This document shows, piece by piece, positions 30,854 to 40,142 of a stretch of 64,000 nucleotides of DNA. Position 1 is the first letter of the stretch. Every line of letters starts with the position of its first letter. The stretch lies in NCBI GenBank assembly GCA_048937405.1, contig JBHLNF010000006.1, forward strand, positions 64,001-128,000, given 5' to 3'. This stretch comes from Promethearchaeota archaeon. GTDB lineage: Archaea > Asgardarchaeota > Lokiarchaeia > Sigyniarchaeales > SOKP01. The notes below the pieces were generated by a model, which had not been told where the DNA came from, ran no database searches, and saw nothing but the letters and a program-made list of their open reading frames with translations. Both the position numbers and the translations under genes were made by a program.

Positions 30854-31099
30854 ATGAGTGAATCTGATTTAACTGAATTAAGAAAGGGAAAAACCAATAA
30901 GATTCTTATACTAGTACTAATAATAATAGGATTTGGAATGATTATTACAGTTCTTATTATCTTGTACATAAATATTGGAATTGATACTGGAGGATGAGGT
31001 TGTGCACTTATTGGTTTCATAAAGATCATGTCTACCCAAAATTCTTTAAACAATGATTATATCGAACTAATTAAAAAAATTGGCACATTTCTCATATAA
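30854..31099 (+). CDS. Candidate small membrane selenoprotein (81 aa if TGA at 30995-30997 is read as Sec)
   Basis: MSESDLTELRKGKTNKILILVLIIIGFGMIITVLIILYINIGIDTGG-TGA-GCALIGFIKIMSTQNSLNNDYIELIKKIGTFLI-TAA; AGGA upstream; SECIS-like hairpin just downstream. Confidence 0.6.
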
Positions 31100-31160
31100 T
31101 TACCAAATGGAATGATTCTTTCTAAAAAATGCTAGTAGAAAGATGACTTACCTTGTAAGG
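31100..31160 (+). promoter_or_regulatory. Eukaryote-type SECIS-like hairpin
   Basis: ATGA(31112-31115)-T-TCTTTCTA-AAAAATGCTAG-TAGAAAGA-TGA(31144-31146): AUGA/GA core, 8-bp perfect stem, A-run at the 5' side of the loop. Confidence 0.6.
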
Positions 31161-31317
31161 TTATTGGTAAAAAAGATCATTTTTAAAAAAAATCTCAAGT
31201 AATAAGAATTTATTATCGAGACCTTGTTTAATTAAAAAGGATGGATATTCTGTTTTTTTTAATTATAAAACATTCCATAATAATAAATTTTAAAAATCCA
31301 ACAAATCTACGTAAAAT

Positions 31318-31470
31318 ATGCCAAAAGTTATACTCGAAGTAAATGAAAAAAAGATACCACTAAAAGATTTTATGCAAGAAATGCTTACAAATATAGTACT
31401 TGGTTATTTAAATTCTACAAAAGGAGTACCGGATGATATAAAGGACATTAAAATTAATATTAATTTATAA
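31318..31470 (+). CDS. 50-aa protein resembling the small C-terminal domain of MobB-type proteins
   Basis: MPKVILEVNEKKIPLKDFMQEMLTNIVLGYLNSTKGVPDDIKDIKININL*, matching V.L.VN.K.IPL..F....L.N...G...SLKG. Confidence 0.7.
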   Translation: MPKVILEVNEKKIPLKDFMQEMLTNIVLGYLNSTKGVPDDIKDIKININL

Positions 31471-31497
31471 CTTTTTTAATTTAATTTATAAAGTAAA

Positions 31498-31584
31498 TTA
31501 ACACTCTGTTAAGATTGTTATAAAGAATGCCAACCCGATAAAAGCTGTCTGTTTTAAATTAAATTTATCAGTTGATTCTGACAT
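31498..31584 (-). pseudogene. Short remnant resembling the N-terminus of an MFS transporter
   Basis: MSESTDKFNLKQTAFIGLAFFITILTEC*. Confidence 0.3.
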
Positions 31585-31787
31585 TTTTTTAATCAATTTT
31601 TTGTAAATAATTGATTATATATTAAATTTTTATTTCTTAAATAAATAGATCAGGGACTAATTAAGATTAATACTAAAATTACATTAATATATTATTCAAT
31701 CTCAATTTAAAACTCAAAATTTCCAGATTTGAAAGAATTTAAAAGAATTATAAATTCTCCAAAGTAATAGAAATTTTATTCGAAATT

Positions 31788-32672
31788 ATGAAATTAGAAC
31801 CTGAATGTATTGGATGTCTTTTCGATCAAATACTAAAAGCATTTAAATTACTTAAACCGGATATTTCTCGTGAAATTATCATCTCTACTCAAAAAAAGCT
31901 AATGAAACATCTAATAGCTATTGATTCTAGCAATTATCCTGCTCCAATTCTAGGTAAAATTGCATATACAATAGTTGCTGAGACTCTGGGAGAAATTGAT
32001 CCATATAATTTTTTAAAAGAAAAGTATAATCGTCTCGCATTGCAGTCTTACGAGGAAATAAAAAAGGTTGTCGAAAAGTCAAAAGATCCTCTATATAAAG
32101 CAATACTTGTTGCAGCACTTGCAAACACAATTGATTTTGCGAGTCAGCACGAGATAGATTTTATTTCTGATATAAAAAATCTCAAGAAAAAAGAATTTAT
32201 TATAAACGATTTTAAGCAATTCAAAGAATCCCTTGATTCCACTAATCACTTGTTAATAATTGGAGATAATTGCGGAGAAATTGTATTTGATAAATTATTA
32301 ATTGCTGTAATTCAAAGGCATTTTCCTAATCTAAAAATAACCTATTCTGTTAGAGGAGCACCAATTATAAATGATGTAACCATTGAAGATGCTAAATTTG
32401 TAGGTATAACAGAACTGGTTCAAGTTATTGAATCCAGCGATAGTCCTGGAGTAGACATTAATACATCTCCCGAAGAATTTAAAAAGATATTTTTTAAAGA
32501 AAAAGGAGTTATTTTATCAAAAGGACAAGGGAATTTTGAATGCATTCATGGAATGAATATTCCACAAAAAGACGTATATTATTTGTTACAAGCTAAATGT
32601 AAATTAATGGAGAGAATTTTTGGAGTTAAGATAGGAGATTTAATTTTTAAGAAGAAGATTCAAGGATATTAA
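31788..32672 (+). CDS. ARMT1/DUF89 damage-control phosphatase family protein
   Basis: EC..C, DPY..LKEKYN, ANTIDF, DNCGEIVFD, PIINDVT, SKGQGNFE motifs. Confidence 0.93.
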   Translation: MKLEPECIGCLFDQILKAFKLLKPDISREIIISTQKKLMKHLIAIDSSNYPAPILGKIAYTIVAETLGEIDPYNFLKEKYNRLALQSYEEIKKVVEKSKDPLYKAILVAALANTIDFASQHEIDFISDIKNLKKKEFIINDFKQFKESLDSTNHLLIIGDNCGEIVFDKLLIAVIQRHFPNLKITYSVRGAPIINDVTIEDAKFVGITELVQVIESSDSPGVDINTSPEEFKKIFFKEKGVILSKGQGNFECIHGMNIPQKDVYYLLQAKCKLMERIFGVKIGDLIFKKKIQGY

Positions 32673-33151
32673 TTGGTTGAGTTAGTTCTTAAATTTTTTA
32701 TGGCTTCAGTAAAAAAGCCAAAATCTCCAATTTCTGATTCTTTTTCTGAGTTTTTAATCGTGCTGAAATATTGTTCAATTTGGGCAAATAGAATATTTTT
32801 AAATTCTAAAAATTGACTAACTTCATTACAATTATCTTCAATTTCCCTATGATATAAAGAATAAAAAATATCTAATGCTTTTTCTGCTTCTTCTCTTATA
32901 TGATACTTATTAAATTCTTTATCTAGAATAGCTACAAAAATCAAATTATACTTATAAACAATTACCATTTCTACATCAAGACCTTTTACCATGATTTCTT
33001 CGATCTGTCCTAAATTTTCTCCGAAAAGACCTAATGCCCCGACAAATGAAGATAAAAGTACAGGATTAATTTTTGTATCTAGAATGAGATCTAAAAGATA
33101 TTCTCCAGATTCCTTACATATAACAATACCTTTCAAAAGTTCAGAATTCAT
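32669..33151 (-). CDS. Longin-like domain protein
   Basis: ICKESGEYL, LLSSFVGALGLF, ALDIFYSLY...QFLEF pattern. Confidence 0.7.
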   Translation of the reverse strand: MNSELLKGIVICKESGEYLLDLILDTKINPVLLSSFVGALGLFGENLGQIEEIMVKGLDVEMVIVYKYNLIFVAILDKEFNKYHIREEAEKALDIFYSLYHREIEDNCNEVSQFLEFKNILFAQIEQYFSTIKNSEKESEIGDFGFFTEAIKNLRTNSTN

Positions 33152-33368
33152 AATAATAATCCCTATTATTAACTAAATATATTCTCCAAGTAACTTAAAA
33201 TCATATTGCTTAATAAAATCATTTAAATATTGATTTTAATAATAGGATATATTATCTGGAAAATAGCTATACCCTCTGAGCATCAAGTTTATGATGTTTT
33301 ACAAATTCGTGTTATTGACTCAGACAATATATAATTTGATTATTAAAAAAGAAAGATAAAATTTGTAT

Positions 33369-34220
33369 TTAATTTTCGAGTAATTGTCTAATTTTTTTGA
33401 CCGTATCTTTGAATGCTTTAGCGGATTTACTTTCAGGATATTTAATAATAAATGGTAATCCTTGATCTCCTTGTTGACTAACCTCTGTTTCAAAAGGTAT
33501 TTTACCTAAAAGAGACACATTAAAATCCGTACTTGCCTTTTCTGCTCCACCTGGAGGATATAAATCAATATATTTTCCACAATGTGGACAGTCAAAACCG
33601 GACATATTCTCAATGATCCCTAGAATTTTTCTTTGCATTACAAGAGCCATTTTTATTGTTTTTCTAGCATCCATTAAAGCAACCTCTTGAGGAGTTGTAA
33701 CGACTATAACATTTTCATCAGGAATAAGTTGTAAAATATCCAATGTTTCATCAGATGTGCCAGGAGGTAAATCGCAAATTAAATAATCAAGTTCTCCCCA
33801 TTCTGCATCTCCTAAAAATTGTCTTACAGCACTCATTTTCATTGGTCCTCGCCAAATAACAGGTTCATCTGGATTAAGTGTTAAAAATGCCATACTCATA
33901 ACTTTAAGTTTCAATGGTCCATCAATCGGATAAAATCGTTTAGCTTCAACATCAACTCGAGGTTTTAATTCTGAGCTAATCCCGAGCATTTTTATAACAT
34001 TAGGTCCGGTAATATCTACATCAAGAATTCCAATTCTCAATCCTACACTAGCTAAACTCATTGCAAGATTAATAGCTACAGTAGTTTTTCCTACCCCACC
34101 CTTTCCTGAAATTACTACTATTTTGTGTTTAATTTTATCCATGTTTGTTTTAATGTTTTTTTCCTGCTCATTTATCATCATTTCTTTTAAATCTATATCT
34201 GGAATCTCTTTTTCTGACAT
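33369..34220 (-). CDS. Mrp/NBP35 Fe-S carrier ATPase (copy 1)
   Basis: SGKGGVGKTT, VIWRGP, DLPPGTSD, ENMSGFDCPHCG motifs. Confidence 0.95.
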   Translation of the reverse strand: MSEKEIPDIDLKEMMINEQEKNIKTNMDKIKHKIVVISGKGGVGKTTVAINLAMSLASVGLRIGILDVDITGPNVIKMLGISSELKPRVDVEAKRFYPIDGPLKLKVMSMAFLTLNPDEPVIWRGPMKMSAVRQFLGDAEWGELDYLICDLPPGTSDETLDILQLIPDENVIVVTTPQEVALMDARKTIKMALVMQRKILGIIENMSGFDCPHCGKYIDLYPPGGAEKASTDFNVSLLGKIPFETEVSQQGDQGLPFIIKYPESKSAKAFKDTVKKIRQLLEN

Positions 34221-34462
34221 AATTTATTATCTCTTCACTTTTTTTGATATATTCTTTATATTATTTTTCAATAATTTAAGGAAAAAACAAATTGCTTTAA
34301 CTTTATGTGTAATATTTTATGAAATTTTTAATATTTTTAGTTAAATCGTGTAATTCCTGTGATGAATATCTTATTTAAAATAAACTAAAGAAATTAATAA
34401 ATTTCAAAATATTATTCTTTACTGGAAAAAGTGGTAAAATTAAATCAATAAGGTGTTTTTGA

Positions 34463-34948
34463 ATTCCTGTAAGTAACTTTATGGAACTTTACAAATTTTT
34501 ACCCAAGACTAATTGCAAAAAGTGTGGAAAGCCTACTTGTATGGCTTTTGCATTAGATTTATTGCAAGGAAAAATGAAAGTTGATGATTGTACTCCACTC
34601 CTTGAACCTAAATATAAAAAAAGCTATGATTCATTAAAGGAATTATTAGGAACTGAAGAAGGTAAGGAAAAAGAGCTTAAAATTGATGTGGATAATGAAC
34701 TATGTGATGGGTGCGGTATTTGTGTTACAATATGTCCTGTAAATGCTAGATATTGTCCTCCAACTTTAAGTGGAAAGGTACCTGATTATCCACCTGAAAA
34801 ACATCAATTATTTCAAGTTAAAAACGGAAAGTGTGAATTATTAGCTATAGAACATTGTCGTCGAATAGAAGCAGAAGGAAGGGAAAGAGAATGCCGGGTT
34901 TGTGAAACTTATTGTCCACGAGAAGCAATTAAGATTGATTATGTTTAA
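34463..34948 (+). CDS. Fe-S protein: ACS-gamma/RnfB-type Fe-S domain plus ferredoxin domain (Fwd-associated)
   Basis: LPKTNCKKCGKPTCMAFA, CDGCGICVTICP, C..C...CP. Start is either ATG 34481 or ATT 34463 after AGGTG. Confidence 0.85.
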   Translation: MPVSNFMELYKFLPKTNCKKCGKPTCMAFALDLLQGKMKVDDCTPLLEPKYKKSYDSLKELLGTEEGKEKELKIDVDNELCDGCGICVTICPVNARYCPPTLSGKVPDYPPEKHQLFQVKNGKCELLAIEHCRRIEAEGRERECRVCETYCPREAIKIDYV

Positions 34949-34982
34949 TTTACGAATTATAATGATTTTTACTATTAATTGA

Positions 34983-36299
34983 GTGAAATTAAAAATGGTA
35001 ATTAAACGTACTACCTGTTCAGGATGCTCTCTTTTATGTGATGATATCATTATCAGAACAGATGGTTTATTTATAGATGAAGTTATTGGAGCTTGTTTGA
35101 AAGGAAAAGAAAGATTTGAGCAAGCAACTGCTAAGAATAGAATCTTGAGCCCTTATATAAAAAGAAAGAAAGAATTAGTCCCAGTAACTTTAGAAGAAGT
35201 TTTTGAAAAAATATCTGATATTATTAAGAACTCTAATAAACCTCTCTTATATGGTTTTTCAACGACAAGTTGCGAAGCTCAATTAAAAGGAATAGAATTA
35301 GCATGTCTTATTAATGGATTTATCGATTCTAATTCAACAATTTGTCAGGGAAAAGTTTTAAATACTTCAAAACAAACAGGTCTTACTTTATCTACGATAG
35401 GAGAAGCAATAAATAAAGCAGATCTGTTAATCCTATGGGGTGCAAATGCTGCTGAATCAATTCCTCGCTTATTGAATAAAGTTCTTTTTTCGCGTGGTAA
35501 ATTTAGAATGACAGGACGAGAAATTAAAACACTAATTATCATTGATCCTGTTAAAACTGCTTCTTTTAATGTTATGGGGGTTCGTGATGTAGCACTTCAA
35601 ATTGAACCCGCTAAAGATATCGAATTAATACGTGTTTTAAAAGAGGAATGTTGTAAAGTTGATACCATTCCAGAAAGCGGTGTCGCTGGTATAGATAAAG
35701 ATGACCTCAAGAGATTATTACTACACTTAACAGGTACAGAGAATGGGATTATCTTTATTGGACAAGGTCTTTTAAAAAATCAAAATGGTGTTAATGTAAT
35801 AAAAGAACTACTTGAATTAATACAATTAATTAATGTTAAACAAGAGAAGGGTAGAATCTCTGTAATCACATTAGGAGGTCATTATAATATGCTAGGATTT
35901 GATCATGTTGCTTTATCAAACTATGGAGTAAATCATAACTTACAATTTTCAAATCAACAGTTGATGGAAAGTTCAGATACAATTATTTCAAAAATAGAAA
36001 AAGATGACTTTGATTGTTCAATAATAGTGGGTACAGATCCCATCTCGCATTTTCCCAAGCAACTAAGTAAAAAATTAGTGTCAAAACCAATAATTCTTAT
36101 AGATAATAAAAAAACTGGAACATTCTACGTAGCTGATGTAATAATTCCTTCAGCTATAACTGGAGTTGAATCCAATGGATTAGCTTATCGTATAGATCAT
36201 GTTCCTCTTAATCTAGAGAAAGTTATAAATCCTCCACAAAATATTATTTCAGATGAGGAAATAATTAAAAAAGTAATTGAAAATCTAAAGCAGGGATGA
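34983..36299 (+). CDS. fwdB: Formylmethanofuran dehydrogenase subunit B-like (divergent)
   Basis: CSGCSLLCDD, PLLYG.STTSCEAQ, TICQG, ADLLILWGAN, GHYN, GTDP, AYRID.VPL motifs. Confidence 0.88.
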   Translation: MKLKMVIKRTTCSGCSLLCDDIIIRTDGLFIDEVIGACLKGKERFEQATAKNRILSPYIKRKKELVPVTLEEVFEKISDIIKNSNKPLLYGFSTTSCEAQLKGIELACLINGFIDSNSTICQGKVLNTSKQTGLTLSTIGEAINKADLLILWGANAAESIPRLLNKVLFSRGKFRMTGREIKTLIIIDPVKTASFNVMGVRDVALQIEPAKDIELIRVLKEECCKVDTIPESGVAGIDKDDLKRLLLHLTGTENGIIFIGQGLLKNQNGVNVIKELLELIQLINVKQEKGRISVITLGGHYNMLGFDHVALSNYGVNHNLQFSNQQLMESSDTIISKIEKDDFDCSIIVGTDPISHFPKQLSKKLVSKPIILIDNKKTGTFYVADVIIPSAITGVESNGLAYRIDHVPLNLEKVINPPQNIISDEEIIKKVIENLKQG

Positions 36300-36303
36300 T
36301 TTT

Positions 36304-36678
36304 ATGGAAATGTTAGTGAATACAATAAGAATGATAGACTATGATCAAGCAAAAGAGTATTCTGAAGGTGATAATAATAGTATCAAGGATAAATTAGCTA
36401 TTGGATTTCTTAATCCAGAAAACTATAAAAATCTAAATATTACTTCAAAATCAAATTTAAAAATAACTAGCAGATTTGGAAATGTTATTATAAAAGCACA
36501 ACAGGATGAAACCGTACCAATAGGGATTATTAATATGCCTATATCTATTTGGGCTAATCAAATTACTGGTATCGAGAATGATGAGTTAATTTATAAAAAT
36601 CTTAAAGTAAATGTTGAAATTTCACAAGATCCAATTTTAGGTCTCCAAGACTTATTAAATTCAATTAAAGAGAAATGA
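36304..36678 (+). CDS. fwdD: Formylmethanofuran dehydrogenase subunit D-like (molybdopterin dinucleotide-binding)
   Basis: NTIR, LNPE, SRFGNV, G.I.MP.SIWANQI motifs; lies between fwdB and fwdA. Confidence 0.85.
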   Translation: MEMLVNTIRMIDYDQAKEYSEGDNNSIKDKLAIGFLNPENYKNLNITSKSNLKITSRFGNVIIKAQQDETVPIGIINMPISIWANQITGIENDELIYKNLKVNVEISQDPILGLQDLLNSIKEK

Positions 36679-36696
36679 ATAATAGGTAATTTAAAA

Positions 36697-38382
36697 ATGA
36701 GTAGATTAATTATTAGTAATGGTTTGGTATTCGATCCTATCAACAAAATCAATGGAGAAATTAAGGATATTTTAATAGAATCTGGAAAAATCGTAGAAAA
36801 GTTTAGCAACGAATCAATTGTCAAAGAAATCAAGGCAAAAGGAAAAACGGTAATACCTGCAGCCATCGATATTCACACACATGTAGCATCTCAGCAAGTT
36901 AACTGGGCGAGGTTATTAGGTGCGAATAATAATAAATTTAAAGAGACTTGGGAGAGATTATCATTAATAAATATTACCAAAAATTATATTTCTAATGGAT
37001 ATACTTTTATCCTTGAAGCCAACGCTTTTCCATCTTTAGCAAAACAAACAATCTTTAATTTTAAACAAATTCCTGTTCTCGATAAAGCTATGCTCTTGAA
37101 TATTAGTAATCTTTGGTCGTTAGAATTAGAATTTCAGAGAGGAAAAATTGATGAGATGGCAGTTTTTATTTCTGATCTATTATTGAAGACTTATGGATTT
37201 GGAGTTAAAATTTATAATCCATTTGAAAACGAAAATTGGAATTTTAAAGAATTAAGAGAAGATATCTCAAAAACAGGTAGATTATATAATTTCTCTGCAA
37301 TAGATGTATATGAAAATACTGTAAAGTGTGTAGAAAAACTCGGATTACCACACTCGACTCACGCACATATAGAAGGATATGAAAATGAAATTGGAAAGAG
37401 AAATCTTTTTACCATCTTAGATAAGGTAAAATCATTGAATATTAATGCTAAAAAGAAGATTGATTCAATTTTTAATAGAACTCAAATTTTTCATATCGCT
37501 CATGCAAATTCTTATAATTATGATGGAAATAATCAAGATTTAATTAAATTTTTAAATGAAAATCAAAATTTTGATATTGATGTTTCTTTTATAGGATTTG
37601 ACAAAATAAATCCAGTAATTACATCAGATAGAAGATTAATTAATTGGATTTTAACAGAAGATATTAATGATAATCCTAATAAATTAATAAGTTCTGCAGT
37701 AGAATTTGAAGGGGATTCGTTTGTTTTCTTTAGAAATTTTGAAAAAAGTGATCTTCGTGATTGCAATTTATGGGCTAATGCACTTGATTTAGCTTTAAAT
37801 GTTAATCATAAATTTCAAATCAGTCTTTCTTTGAATTTTCCAAATTATGCAAATATTTCAGATATTCCTGAAATTGCTACATGGTTATTAAGTAAAGATG
37901 CTCGTGAAAATTTCATGAAAGACATGAATAATGATTTCTTGAAAAATAATCCTTTAACTACAAGCGATAAAGAATTAAATTTTTCAGAATTTATATGTAT
38001 AACGAGAGCAAGTCCTGCAAAATCCTTAGGATTAGCAAATATTAAGGGAAATCTTGGTTTAAGTGCTGATGCTGATTTAAATATTATAGATATAAATATA
38101 AATGAGATAGACATCTCTCAGAACTATGAAGCCATTAAAAAAGCTTTGAAAAATATTGACTATGTCATAAAGGCAGGTAAAATTGTTAAAAAGCAAAATA
38201 GTATTGATTTAAGTCATAAGGGTTCTATATTTTGGTCAAATGGAAAGTTTGAAGTAAAGGAAAAGGATTTTACTATGACCAAAAAAAAGGATTTTTACCA
38301 AAAGTATTGCTCTGTTTTTTACGATTCTTTTAAAGATTCAGTTGATAAGGAGCTTATAAGGAGAGTTGATTCTAACCTTTAA
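36697..38382 (+). CDS. fwdA: Formylmethanofuran dehydrogenase subunit A-like amidohydrolase (divergent)
   Basis: NG.VFDPIN, IDIHTH, GVKIYNP, PHSTHAH, TRASPAKSLGL, KGNLG..ADAD motifs. Confidence 0.88.
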   Translation: MSRLIISNGLVFDPINKINGEIKDILIESGKIVEKFSNESIVKEIKAKGKTVIPAAIDIHTHVASQQVNWARLLGANNNKFKETWERLSLINITKNYISNGYTFILEANAFPSLAKQTIFNFKQIPVLDKAMLLNISNLWSLELEFQRGKIDEMAVFISDLLLKTYGFGVKIYNPFENENWNFKELREDISKTGRLYNFSAIDVYENTVKCVEKLGLPHSTHAHIEGYENEIGKRNLFTILDKVKSLNINAKKKIDSIFNRTQIFHIAHANSYNYDGNNQDLIKFLNENQNFDIDVSFIGFDKINPVITSDRRLINWILTEDINDNPNKLISSAVEFEGDSFVFFRNFEKSDLRDCNLWANALDLALNVNHKFQISLSLNFPNYANISDIPEIATWLLSKDARENFMKDMNNDFLKNNPLTTSDKELNFSEFICITRASPAKSLGLANIKGNLGLSADADLNIIDININEIDISQNYEAIKKALKNIDYVIKAGKIVKKQNSIDLSHKGSIFWSNGKFEVKEKDFTMTKKKDFYQKYCSVFYDSFKDSVDKELIRRVDSNL

Positions 38383-38421
38383 GTTTATCAGAAATTGCAG
38401 AAAAACAATTAGGGGCATAAA

Positions 38422-39930
38422 TTATTTCGCTATTTCTGGAATGAGGATAATAAAATTGCTCCCCTTCGTATAGTCTCCTTTGACTCTGTCTTCAACCTTG
38501 ATTTCGCCACTATAATTGTCTAATATCTTTTTTACAAGTGTTAATCCAATTCCCATACCTTTTGACCCCTTATCTTTATTAAATCTTTCTATAAAAATAA
38601 TATCTTTATTTTGATTTGTTATCCCTATTCCATTATCCATAAACTCAAACTTTAAAAAATTCTTGTTTAGGTTATTTTCTCTTGAAATCCGAACAAGAAT
38701 TTCAATTGTTTGGTTTTCATTGTATTTAACAGCATTTATTAAAATATTCTCAAAAACATCCAATAATAATTCATTTGCGTTAATGTATAGCTCCTTGTCG
38801 AAAGAATCAACAAAAATATTAACTTTCTTAGTATGAATGCTATTATGAATATATTTTATAGCTTCCTTTAATATTTCAAATGCATTTACTGATTTCAGAG
38901 AGGTTTTATAACCTTCTAATTCAGATAGATTTTTAACATTAGATATTAATCTCTTTCCTCTTGCAAATTGATCTCTAATAACATTATAAAATTGTTTAAC
39001 ATTTTCTTCTTTAGATGACTTATTTAGGTATTCTTCACTAAGATCAATTGCAATACTAATATTAGAAAGAAGATTATTAATATCATGATAAAATAAATCC
39101 TTGTAAAGTTCCGCTCTATTATATGCTTCTCTATATTTCTGTTCAGATTCTTTTATTTTCTCTTCTGCTTCTTTTCTCTTAGTAATATCTCGAGTAAAAC
39201 CGTAAAAACCAATTTTTTCTCCATCATTGTTATATCTTAAGTAAAAGTATCCTTCGAAGATACGATTTTCTCCGTCTCCTCTTATTATTCTACTCTGAAA
39301 TGTACCTTTCTGAAGATTATTTTTGTAAACATCATTAAATGATTTAAATACTTCCTTTTGTGAACTTTTTTCTAAGAATAAAGTATAATTTTTCCCTATT
39401 ATTTCATCTTTAGAGACGTTTAAGTATTCAGAAATATAATCATTAACATAAGTATAGTTTCCATGTAGATCTATTTCAAAGTAACCATCCTTAATATTCT
39501 CAATAATTTCCCTATACCTTTCATCGGATTTCTTTAATTTCTGTTCCTTATTTAATTCATTTGATATATCTCTAAGTGTACTTATGATTCTAGTTTGATT
39601 TTCATACTCTACTCTATGCCCCCGTGCAAAAACTGGTATAAAAAAACCTTCTTTATGTTGAATTCTAAACAGTATTGAGATAATTTCTCCTGTCTTTATT
39701 CCTTCTGTAATTGCTTTAATTACTTCTTGTCTATCATCAGGATGAACAAATTCCATGGAATTTCTTCCCACTACTTCATCAGGATGATATCCTGCTAAAT
39801 TAAAAATTTGTGGATTAATATATTTAATACCAAAATCTAAACTTAATTCTACTACTACGTCTAAAATATTATTAATAAGATTGAAATAATTTATTCCAGA
39901 TTTCTCAACATCATTTTTTGAAGGATCCAT
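38422..39930 (-). CDS. Cytoplasmic PAS-PAS sensor histidine kinase
   Basis: VHPDD PAS, RDITKRKEAE, HDINN H-box, NAVKY, DNGIGI, GMGIGL motifs. Confidence 0.95.
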   Translation of the reverse strand: MDPSKNDVEKSGINYFNLINNILDVVVELSLDFGIKYINPQIFNLAGYHPDEVVGRNSMEFVHPDDRQEVIKAITEGIKTGEIISILFRIQHKEGFFIPVFARGHRVEYENQTRIISTLRDISNELNKEQKLKKSDERYREIIENIKDGYFEIDLHGNYTYVNDYISEYLNVSKDEIIGKNYTLFLEKSSQKEVFKSFNDVYKNNLQKGTFQSRIIRGDGENRIFEGYFYLRYNNDGEKIGFYGFTRDITKRKEAEEKIKESEQKYREAYNRAELYKDLFYHDINNLLSNISIAIDLSEEYLNKSSKEENVKQFYNVIRDQFARGKRLISNVKNLSELEGYKTSLKSVNAFEILKEAIKYIHNSIHTKKVNIFVDSFDKELYINANELLLDVFENILINAVKYNENQTIEILVRISRENNLNKNFLKFEFMDNGIGITNQNKDIIFIERFNKDKGSKGMGIGLTLVKKILDNYSGEIKVEDRVKGDYTKGSNFIILIPEIAK

Positions 39931-40142
39931 AACTTATAATTATTTTAATATGCTTTTAAATTAAAAAAATAAACTTTAGAAATCAAGAGTCTCTCTTAAA
40001 TACTGATCCAAGTTCATACAAATTTACATTTATAGTCTATATGATCTCAAATTATATTAATAAAAAGGAACATCAAAAATATAATTCATTTTTTTTAATT
40101 CTAATTTTGTTTCAATAGATAGTACAAGTGAAAAAAGTGAGT

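Noticed and set aside
30838-31053. 71-aa minus-strand ORF from the track
   Set aside because: It is the antisense shadow of the plus-strand membrane ORF at 30854, which has a better start context and a clear TM.
34983-36299. Selenocysteine form of FwdB
   Set aside because: The ligand position is TGT (Cys), and the terminal TGA directly precedes fwdD, so it is an ordinary stop.
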